From the NCBI GenBank assembly GCA_035627515.1, contig DASPLQ010000012.1, forward strand, positions 327,269 to 391,268: a DNA stretch of 64,000 nt, read 5' to 3'. Made by a program: the position numbers and the translations under genes. Shown here in pieces: positions 1 to 7,995 of this stretch; positions within the stretch are counted from its first letter, which is position 1, and each line of letters starts with the position of its first letter. The notes under the pieces were generated by a model that saw only the letters and a list, made by a program, of their open reading frames with translations, was not told the origin of the DNA and did no database searches. Source of the stretch: Vitreimonas sp. GTDB lineage: Bacteria > Patescibacteriota > Microgenomatia > UBA1400 > PJMF01.

Positions 1-343
1 CATCATCAACTCCCCAGCCAGCTAAATCTCGGCCGACAAAAGTGACGATGGAGGTTTTATCAAGTTGGAAAGGGACGTCTTCGACAGCGTCAAAAAATGG
101 GTCAGTATCTAGAACTAAAGGCGGATGTTCAATCTTAATGATTAAACTAAAGTTACCGGCCAAGGCCAAACCTTTTTCTATATCAGGCAGTTCTTTAGGC
201 AGCTCTCTAGTTAAGAACTGATAAACATATGCCGCTCTGAGGATAAATTCATCTTCAGCAGTACTGATGTCACCGATGTGAGCATCTCTAAACAAATGCC
301 CCACCACCATCTCAGCAGTTTTATACGCTTCATTACTATGCAT
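1..343 (-). CDS. Hypothetical protein, 3' end runs off the window
   Basis: Read by hand: ATG at 343, MHSNEAYKTAEMVVGHLFRDAHIGD...GWGVDD, open to position 1 with no stop. Not in the ORF track. No family recognised. Confidence 0.55.
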   Translation of the reverse strand, partial: MHSNEAYKTAEMVVGHLFRDAHIGDISTAEDEFILRAAYVYQFLTRELPKELPDIEKGLALAGNFSLIIKIEHPPLVLDTDPFFDAVEDVPFQLDKTSIVTFVGRDLAGWGVDD

Positions 344-446
344 AGAGCAGCACCAAGGAAAATTAATAAAAATTTAACCTATATTGTTATACAACGCTTA
401 CATATAGGCTTCAACCAGAGGAAAGTCAGGCTGTAAGGAGCTTTTT

Positions 447-2255
447 TTACATTTGGTCTACGGTTTGAATTCCCAGTAACCCTAAGCCATGCTGAAGGAT
501 CATGCTCACCGCTTGGGTCAAGGCCAACCTGAAGTAAACCTGGTTTGTAACCTGGTCAGTGGTGATATCTTTGGGCAGAATGATCTCATGGTTATAAAAG
601 GTGTTATACGTTTGCGCTAAATTAAAGAGATACGTCGCCAAATGATGCGGAGCATACTCATCAGCGGCCTTTTCCACTATCTCAGAATAGATATAGATAT
701 TTCTTAAGATATCTTTTTCTGTCGGTGCCAACTCGTAACTCTCGCCCAATTGCATCACATTATTAAATAATGAATCTTTATCTATATTAATAGCTTTTTC
801 TGCCTTACTTAAAACGCTCTGAGCACGGACATAGGTATATTGAAGATAGGGGCCTGAATTGCCTTGAATGTTAGTGATTTCGTCAAAATCAAAGGCAATA
901 TCCTTGGCAGACTCACGCCGTAGATCATTCCATTTGACAGCACCCACTGCGATTTTCCAGAGGCTTTGCTCATCCAGCGGTGTTTTAGCCTGGGCTTGGA
1001 CTCGATTAAAGGCTTCTTGCAACACGTCTTCTAACCAAATCACATTCCCCTTCCGAGTGGACATCTTGCCATCTTTAAAACGGTACATACCATGCTTAAC
1101 ATGGATGCGTTGCCCAGGCTGGTACCAACCCGCCAGCTGCTCAGCCGCAAATAATTGTTGGAAATACAGCGCTTGCTCTCCCCCAACTTCATTGACAATC
1201 AAGATATCGTGTCCATAGTGGTGCAAACGGAAATAGTCAGTCGCTAAATCGCGAGTCGCGTATAAGGTCGCACCATCTTTTTTCATCACCATTAGGGGTG
1301 GGTACTGTTCATTGGGGAAGAAAATTAACTTGGCTCCCTCACTTTCTTTAATTAAACCTTTAGCTTCTAGCTCCGCAATGACGGGCGCCATCTTGTCTTC
1401 AAAAAAAGACTCACCATACCCTTTGCCTTCGTTCTCAGTAAAATTCACATCCAACAACTTATAAATGCGCTTAAATTCCTTCCACGACCACTCAATACAT
1501 TTATGCCATAATCGCCGAGCTTCCTCGTCCCCTGCCTCTAATTTTTTAAACCAAGCCCGCCCTTCATCCTCTAACGCCGGATTTTTCTCGGCTTCCTCAT
1601 GGAATTTGACGTAAAGGGCAACGAGGTCTTTGACTGGCTGAGAAGAATTGTCTAAGGCTGCTTCGTCGCCCCAGGTCTTAATCGCGTAAATTTGCTTCCC
1701 AAACTGTGTGCCCCAATCACCAAGATGATTATCTTTGTAGACTGTCCAGCCCACCGCAGACATTAAATTGGCTACCGCATCACCAATGATCGTGGATCGC
1801 AAATGACCAATCGTAAACGGCTTAGCAATATTAGGTGAGGAATACTCTACAATCGCTTTCTTGCCTTCATTTACCTGCTCAACAATCTCACCTCGTTTTT
1901 CGATCACTCGGCCCATTTCAGCCATCAGAAAGTGTTCAGAAAGGTGAAAATTAATAAAGCCAGGACCGGCTACGGTGACAGTAGTGACTAAGCTCGGCTC
2001 TGAACTTGCTTCCAACTGGTGCTGAATAGACTCTTTGATCGCTTCAGCTAATTGGCGCGGATTTTTATACTGAGGAGTGGCGTCACCAACCGGGAGCTGA
2101 GCTAGTTGCCCGATGCTGACCATCGCCACATTGCTCGCATAATCGCCATGGGTAGGATCGGCGGGGTGTTCTAAATGAATCGTAGCCGGAACAGGCAAAG
2201 TCAGATCGGTGAGTGCTTGTGTGATCAGCGTCGTTAAGTAGGTAGTAATCTTCAT
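447..2255 (-). CDS. argS: Arginine--tRNA ligase
   Basis: HGDYASN, AGPGFINF, VEYSSPNIAKPFTIGHLRSTIIGD (HIGH variant TIGH), GDWGTQFG, KMSTRKGN, GNSGPYLQY. Start moved to ATG 2255, which follows a Shine-Dalgarno AAAGGAGG. Confidence 0.97.
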   Translation of the reverse strand: MKITTYLTTLITQALTDLTLPVPATIHLEHPADPTHGDYASNVAMVSIGQLAQLPVGDATPQYKNPRQLAEAIKESIQHQLEASSEPSLVTTVTVAGPGFINFHLSEHFLMAEMGRVIEKRGEIVEQVNEGKKAIVEYSSPNIAKPFTIGHLRSTIIGDAVANLMSAVGWTVYKDNHLGDWGTQFGKQIYAIKTWGDEAALDNSSQPVKDLVALYVKFHEEAEKNPALEDEGRAWFKKLEAGDEEARRLWHKCIEWSWKEFKRIYKLLDVNFTENEGKGYGESFFEDKMAPVIAELEAKGLIKESEGAKLIFFPNEQYPPLMVMKKDGATLYATRDLATDYFRLHHYGHDILIVNEVGGEQALYFQQLFAAEQLAGWYQPGQRIHVKHGMYRFKDGKMSTRKGNVIWLEDVLQEAFNRVQAQAKTPLDEQSLWKIAVGAVKWNDLRRESAKDIAFDFDEITNIQGNSGPYLQYTYVRAQSVLSKAEKAINIDKDSLFNNVMQLGESYELAPTEKDILRNIYIYSEIVEKAADEYAPHHLATYLFNLAQTYNTFYNHEIILPKDITTDQVTNQVYFRLALTQAVSMILQHGLGLLGIQTVDQM

Positions 2256-2271
2256 ATCCTCCTTTATATAC

Positions 2272-2500
2272 AAAAACCCCTCCAGTCTCCAAGTCATACT
2301 TAGAAACTAAAGGGGTTCTTGAGTTAATTGAGCTCAGAACGGTACCACCCTTCTTTTCTTGAATGTTACCACTCAAGACTTTTTATCCGGCGCTGTGCGC
2401 GGGACTACAGCGATGATGGGCTGTTCCCAAACTAGATTATCCCTAGTTAGCGTTCTTAGTGATCTAAGATCCCTTGGTGCGAACAAGGTCTGGACGCTTA
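2272..2500 (-). promoter_or_regulatory. T-box riboswitch leader of argS
   Basis: Minus strand has T-box motif AAGAAGGGTGGTACCGTTC (2337-2355) and its antiterminator partner GAACCCCTT (2310-2318). A 20-bp terminator stem plus U run overlaps it (2272-2317). Extended -10 TGGTATACT at about 2507-2515. Confidence 0.82.
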
Positions 2501-3178
2501 GTAATTAGTATACCAAGGTCGTCAATAATAGGTGAGCACATTTATTTTCCGAAATAAATCCGAATTTAGCCTGGATTAAATGAGTAATTTATGTGTTCGA
2601 TGAATTCAGCCTCTTAGTATTAAAAACAAGATTTATATGACTAATATTTTGTACTCAAAAAGAGGCATCTGCCAGGTTATCTTCGCATTTAATTCGGAAA
2701 AATTGTTTCTCTACCCCAATGGATGACTTATAGTGTGAGTACCGACAGTAAATATGCCACCTTAGCGCTCAGAGTGTATGACAATCTGCTGTTGGAGTCA
2801 CTAAAAGACCGGTTGATGCCACCTAACGCGACTAGCTAAGTAAGCATTTTCTCGCTCGAAAATAACGTCTAGTGATTCGTTACTTGCCCCAACTGAGTAG
2901 CTATTCACTCGATATAAAGGCCCCTAATACTCATTAAATGTGCGTGTAACCAACTACTCACCTCCAGCTATTTGTGCCGCTTATTTTCATTACTCAAATT
3001 GCTAGTAGGTTGATCGCTGCTTTATTTCGTATTTTATTCGCCTTATGTCTTAACTGCCACTTGCAGCCACTTTAAAAATATGAAAAAGTAAAAAGCGATG
3101 TTCTTTAACAGATAAAACCCGTAAAAAACTGTGTTGTTTACACAGTGCTTACTTATTTAAGTGCCTAGTTAGTAGTCA

Positions 3179-4159
3179 TTAAGTATCTGACTGCGATCGC
3201 TGAGTCTCAATCCAATACTTTTCTCCATCACTTATTACTTCAACTTCTCCCTGTTGATCAGTTCTCCAGGTTACTGACCCAATAGCTTCTAAATTTTCTA
3301 AAATACTCTGGTGAGGATGACCATATCGATTGTTTTGACCGCAACTTATAATCGAATTTTCGGGTCGAATCTGTTCTAAAAAAGCTGGTGTTGAGCTAGT
3401 TTTTGATCCATGGTGCCCTACTTTTAGGATATCTATATCTGTTGTCATTCCTGTGGACTGGAGTGCTTCCTCCCCGACCATTTCAAGATCAGCTGTTAAC
3501 AATACTTTAATGTTTTTTATAGTTAATAAAAACACGATTGATCCGTCATTATATCTTTCTTCATCCCCTAGTTGCTTTTTGAGTACGTCCAATAACTGTG
3601 CTTCGGGAAAATCAGGTGAAAAAAGCTTTCGAAAATGGTCTACTGAGCTCACTTCTGCCCCTTCTACTTGAGGAGATACAACTGTTAAAGCAGTATAGGG
3701 ATTTAACCTCGCTTGATGGCCTAAAAACGGAGTTTCTACTCGCATGCTTTCTCTTTGTACTTCACTCGTGATTTTAGAACGAAAACTAACAAATTCATTT
3801 GTAGTTTTTACTTGATTAGTCAACCAAAATTTATTCACTTTATATGCATCCAAAACGTCATCAATACCCCCGATGTGATCGGCATCAGCGTGCGTAGCCA
3901 CCACTAGTTCTAACGTTCTATCCCAAAAGGGCATATTTTCTTCGAGGCAGTTTTTGACCTTGTTATCTACTCCTGCATCAATTAGTACTTGAGTAAAACG
4001 ATAGGAAATAAGAGTTGCGTCCCCTTGGCCTACGTCACAAAATACCAGATGTACATATGAATCTGGCCAGCTTTTCCAAACCACAGCGCCTAAACATACA
4101 CTGCAGAAAGTAATCAATAATAATCCATACCAGAGGAAAGCAGGTTGTTTAAACATCAA
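3179..4159 (-). CDS. comEC: ComEC/Rec2 metallo-beta-lactamase-like nuclease domain protein (C-terminal part of a split ComEC)
   Basis: FCDVGQGDA, THADADHIGG, LKVGHHGSKTSS, ISCGQNNRYGHPH, RTDQQG; N-terminal TM anchor. Confidence 0.9.
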   Translation of the reverse strand: MMFKQPAFLWYGLLLITFCSVCLGAVVWKSWPDSYVHLVFCDVGQGDATLISYRFTQVLIDAGVDNKVKNCLEENMPFWDRTLELVVATHADADHIGGIDDVLDAYKVNKFWLTNQVKTTNEFVSFRSKITSEVQRESMRVETPFLGHQARLNPYTALTVVSPQVEGAEVSSVDHFRKLFSPDFPEAQLLDVLKKQLGDEERYNDGSIVFLLTIKNIKVLLTADLEMVGEEALQSTGMTTDIDILKVGHHGSKTSSTPAFLEQIRPENSIISCGQNNRYGHPHQSILENLEAIGSVTWRTDQQGEVEVISDGEKYWIETQRSQSDT

Positions 4160-5228
4160 AAAGTGAGAGCCGGGCTCTTCTCCTCTGGCGGCCTCGATAG
4201 TAACAATATCCCAGCCCGCAAATGATGTACCAGGCTAAAAAATGCCAAATGCCAAACCCATTTATTATCCATAAACTGCCCTCATATCTCCCAAGCCAAG
4301 TAGCTCCTCCTATAAAGAGTTGTAATCCTAGCCACAAAGGAATAAAAACGAGCCAATGACAGATAATCTCCACGATTGGAACGAAGTTAATAAAACTGAG
4401 GAGCATAAAGACTAAGCCGCCAATTGTTAACAGCGGAGTTAGCCATAGTAATACAGTATTGCTCACTAAACTTAAGGTGCTCAGTTCGCCAAAGTGATAA
4501 AGCACAATCGGGAGGGTCAACATTTGTGCGGCACAGGTTGTGACAAAGGCTTCGCTAAAAATAGAGCGAAGATATGAGCTCGTAGATAATAATGAAGGTG
4601 ACAATGTCTGGCCGGTACTAAGAGCCGTATACCACTGAGCACTGACTTCATTTTTGTTATTCGCCAGCGAAGTAAAAAAAATGATCCCCACACATGCTGC
4701 TGCTGAAAGTTGGTAGGAAATACTACTTATCGTTGTCCAATCACTAAGTGCTCCTACTAGTGTCACTAGTCCCAATGCCCGTAGGGGTGAGTATTGGCGT
4801 AATAAGAGTTGTCTATTAAGTAAGCTAATGATTGCCATAGTGCTAGCCCGAATAATTGAAGGTGTGAGATCAGCCATAAGGGCATAAACAGTCACTACCC
4901 CACACAAGATAACAAGCTCATAAAACCGTTCAAAACGGGTAGTAACCATACTACCGAGACTAACCATTAGGCCCACATTGAAGCCTGAAGCCGACGTCAC
5001 ATGCTGCATCCCAATAACTTTTAATGAGTGATTCAACTCTGTTTCATCTTCTCCGCTTCCGCCAAAAACCATACCATGTAAGAGCTGAGATTCAGTCGTA
5101 GAAAAGTAGCCTATAAGCGACTTGAGAAAGCGGTTTTTGATGGCGATAAGGGGATATTCGCAAATGGTTTTCCAATCATTTACCAAAAGTGTTATTAAAT
5201 ATGTATGGTTTAATAATTGATTTATCAT
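4149..5228 (-). CDS. comEC: ComEC competence (membrane channel) domain protein
   Basis: GMQHVTSASGFNV (cf. GxxHxxxxSGxH/N), PSIIRASTM, SYQLS, TLPIVLYHFG; multiple TM segments; overlaps the MBL-domain gene. Confidence 0.85.
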   Translation of the reverse strand: MINQLLNHTYLITLLVNDWKTICEYPLIAIKNRFLKSLIGYFSTTESQLLHGMVFGGSGEDETELNHSLKVIGMQHVTSASGFNVGLMVSLGSMVTTRFERFYELVILCGVVTVYALMADLTPSIIRASTMAIISLLNRQLLLRQYSPLRALGLVTLVGALSDWTTISSISYQLSAAACVGIIFFTSLANNKNEVSAQWYTALSTGQTLSPSLLSTSSYLRSIFSEAFVTTCAAQMLTLPIVLYHFGELSTLSLVSNTVLLWLTPLLTIGGLVFMLLSFINFVPIVEIICHWLVFIPLWLGLQLFIGGATWLGRYEGSLWIINGFGIWHFLAWYIICGLGYCYYRGRQRRRARLSLFDV

Positions 5229-5657
5229 ACTTTTTTTACTTACATTTCTCTTATCAAATTCTTGCTCTTTTCCGCCAAAAAAGGCCCAAAAGCCTTAATA
5301 TTAGAATAATTTTGATATCTTTGTGCGTAGCGGCTACTTAGAAAAAGTAGGTATGATGCCTGGAAAGCACTTTGCTTATTACCTTTTTTGTCGTTTCTTA
5401 CATTTCAAAGACATTCGGTGAACGCATCATTAACGCAAATAAAGTGATCTATATTAATAAATCATTTTCTATCAAAATACCTATTAATATCATGGTTTTT
5501 GCTTTGAAAATTTTAATTTCTAAAGATGCGAAAAGCATAGACTTATATTTATTTTGTTATTTTTTAACCTCTTCGAGACTATAATAAGCTACTACATTCG
5601 ATCTTGTACAAATAAACTCAAAAATATTAAGCCTATATTAATTACCTATAGTTTTAT

Positions 5658-6308
5658 CTATAGAGTTATTATATTTTTTATGTCATTAAAAATCCCCTCC
5701 GTTACAACCTCATTACTTAGCAATTGATTTACATCTGTGTATGGACGGTGGTCAATAATCGTCTGAGCCCGTTTTTCACCAATGCCTGGCAAAGCGTCGA
5801 GTTCATCAAGAGTAGCCGAGTTGATAGAAACAGCGCCTCCAACTGTCTTGGAAAGCGATGCATGAGGTTCTGCTGAAGTAGTTAGAGATTTTTCCTCGAG
5901 GAAAGGTATGAAAAACTTTTCCCCATCGGTGAGCTTGGTGGATAAATTTAATTTCTCGGCTACGTAACCAGTATCAGCTTGGCTACTGAAGCCACCTGCC
6001 TGGTAAATAAGCTGAGCAACCCGTGCTCCTATCTCAAGTTCATAAACACCAGGGCGCTGAACGGCACCTGAGACATCAACCCAAATTTTGCCGATCTCAC
6101 CGCGCAAAAAAACACCTTCAGATTCTGTGGGCTCAAAAGCGGCTACTACGGGAAGAGGTTGATAATTAATGCCATAAATTAAATGTAACCACCCCCCAAT
6201 AATCAGCACTAAGCCTACTATATCGAGAATGATTAAATTCCAAATCTTTTTGTCAAATTTCTTGACAATTATTAGAACTCTATTGAGTGTAGGTAGTTCA
6301 TTAAACAT
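5658..6308 (-). CDS. comEA: ComEA DNA-uptake protein (TM + SLBB + helix-hairpin-helix)
   Basis: VDVSGAVQRPGVYEL...AGG (SLBB); SINSATLDELDALPGIGEKRAQTII (HhH). Confidence 0.92.
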   Translation of the reverse strand: MFNELPTLNRVLIIVKKFDKKIWNLIILDIVGLVLIIGGWLHLIYGINYQPLPVVAAFEPTESEGVFLRGEIGKIWVDVSGAVQRPGVYELEIGARVAQLIYQAGGFSSQADTGYVAEKLNLSTKLTDGEKFFIPFLEEKSLTTSAEPHASLSKTVGGAVSINSATLDELDALPGIGEKRAQTIIDHRPYTDVNQLLSNEVVTEGIFNDIKNIITL

Positions 6309-6376
6309 GAAGCTACTCTACCCCACCAACCTTGCATAAACTGTAGCGCGGGAGAAAGTTAACAATGTGTGAGGAA

Positions 6377-7162
6377 TTACTTATCTAGAGCACTAATCTG
6401 CTGATCACCTTCATCTCTATTTACTTCGTCTTGTGAATAAACCCGGTAAGTATTCCAGCCTTGATCACGCGGAAAGAGAGCGCTTATATCAAGTTCACGT
6501 AGAGCATTTCGAATATCAGGAATATACGTTTGAGCAATTGTCTGACGACTAACGTTAAATTCTTGACAAAGTTCCATAGGCGAAGATGAGAGAGGGTGCT
6601 TATCAATCAAAAATTTAAGCACCTTGCCAGAGGCTGGAAGCAGGTTTAATTTTTCTCCACCATAAATAAAAGCTGATAAAGATTTCCCCCGTGACAGGTA
6701 CTCAACATACACAAGACCGTAGAAAAATGGTGATAAATTTTCAACCTTTTTAACTTGACTGTTTTCTGGCAAAAAATTGGCTACATCAAGTATTTCATCA
6801 TCACTCTCGCCTACTTCATCTTCTATATCAGAAAAAAGAGTCATCTCGCTCCCTATGACTAATAAATAGAGATTGAGAGCTAAACAGACTTCGTATTCTG
6901 CCTTAAAATCAGCTTCACTCATGCGATCGATATTTCTTTTGAGAGTAATTAGACGTTGCTTAAGGTTGCTTGCGATACTTAATAACTCATCGCTACTAAC
7001 ATCTGAAAAATCACTTACATCATAAACATCACCCACATCACCTAAAAAAGCCTTTGCTACTCGAGAACTTAGTTTCAGGAGCGGCTCATTACTGATCATG
7101 CCCTCTAAAAAAGTGGTGTAATGGCGTTCAAGATATTCGTGGTGTTCAGGTAAAAAAGACAT
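6377..7162 (-). CDS. Hypothetical protein with C-terminal OmpR-like winged-helix domain
   Basis: LNLLPASGKVLKFLIDKHP...ELCQEF...TIAQTYIPDIRNAL...YRV resembles Trans_reg_C; no receiver domain. Confidence 0.5.
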   Translation of the reverse strand: MSFLPEHHEYLERHYTTFLEGMISNEPLLKLSSRVAKAFLGDVGDVYDVSDFSDVSSDELLSIASNLKQRLITLKRNIDRMSEADFKAEYEVCLALNLYLLVIGSEMTLFSDIEDEVGESDDEILDVANFLPENSQVKKVENLSPFFYGLVYVEYLSRGKSLSAFIYGGEKLNLLPASGKVLKFLIDKHPLSSSPMELCQEFNVSRQTIAQTYIPDIRNALRELDISALFPRDQGWNTYRVYSQDEVNRDEGDQQISALDK

Positions 7163-7169
7163 ACACTGG

Positions 7170-7889
7170 TTATAGAGAATCCTGATTTGGCGTTATTTTT
7201 TGCAATCGATAGCCACCGTTATGCCCCGGGCGTGGTTCATGAAAAACGAGCTCCAAATTGATCTGGGATAAGATGCGATTAAAGCGGGTAGCAAACTCCT
7301 CAAGACTTTCTTCATGGCCTAATAGACTGGGATAGTTTTCAAATTGGCTGAGAAAAAACATGCTGGTGGGAAATAACAGGTAATCAGTTAACTCAAATAG
7401 CAGCGCATGCTCTTGGATGGTCAAACTTAATCGATCTTCTCCTAGATAAAAAGCTTGTTCGCGCTGATGGTAACGCAAACTTGGATGAATCTGCTCAAAA
7501 CTAATCCAGGCGTTATAAGCCCTGACTTGCTGCTCCCAATTTTTTGTTTCTCTTGACTTATCAGCTAAGACATATGAGCGGCTCCGACCAGGTTTGATAA
7601 CTAACGACACGTTCATGAGTTCAAAGAGCTTGTTTAAACTTGTTACCACATCTCTCAATATTGTCTTCCCCTCTATCAAGGCTGTCAGGTCTTTATCGGG
7701 CAAGGTCTTTTTGCTCATGAGACTCAACAAAACTCGCTCTTGATCAGGGGTTAAACGGAAAGTTTTGGCTTCATAAGAATAGGTGCGGCTGGCTAGTTCA
7801 TAGTTCCAACCGGCAAACTGTTCTAAAATAGCTTGCGGATACTCTGGGTATGATTTTTTTTCGGTTTCCATAGTCCTATATTCTACCAT
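7170..7889 (-). CDS. Hypothetical protein with two degenerate OmpR-like winged-helix repeats
   Basis: FRLTPDQERVLLSL...LNKLF...SYVL and LSLTIQEHALLFEL...FNRIL...GGYRL. Confidence 0.5.
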   Translation of the reverse strand: MVEYRTMETEKKSYPEYPQAILEQFAGWNYELASRTYSYEAKTFRLTPDQERVLLSLMSKKTLPDKDLTALIEGKTILRDVVTSLNKLFELMNVSLVIKPGRSRSYVLADKSRETKNWEQQVRAYNAWISFEQIHPSLRYHQREQAFYLGEDRLSLTIQEHALLFELTDYLLFPTSMFFLSQFENYPSLLGHEESLEEFATRFNRILSQINLELVFHEPRPGHNGGYRLQKITPNQDSL

Positions 7890-7942
7890 ACTTACTCATT
7901 AAATGTGTATGTATCATGCGTCGTGGAAGTGTTCTGACCACT

Positions 7943-7970
7943 AAAAAGGAGGGCATTCGGCCCTCCTTTA
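7943..7970 (-). terminator. Intrinsic terminator of leuS
   Basis: Minus strand AAAGGAGGGC-CGAAT-GCCCTCCTTT-TT, 25 nt after the leuS stop. Confidence 0.8.
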
Positions 7971-7995
7971 AGCGTTGTCTCGATAAATGGGACTG

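Noticed and set aside
2083-2376. 97-aa ORF and the extended argS start at 2297
   Set aside because: They overlap the T-box terminator; the SD supports ATG 2255.
5372-5584. 70-aa plus-strand ORF (also 18302..18484 and 60549..60761)
   Set aside because: Non-ATG starts, AT-rich composition and no motifs; likely spurious.
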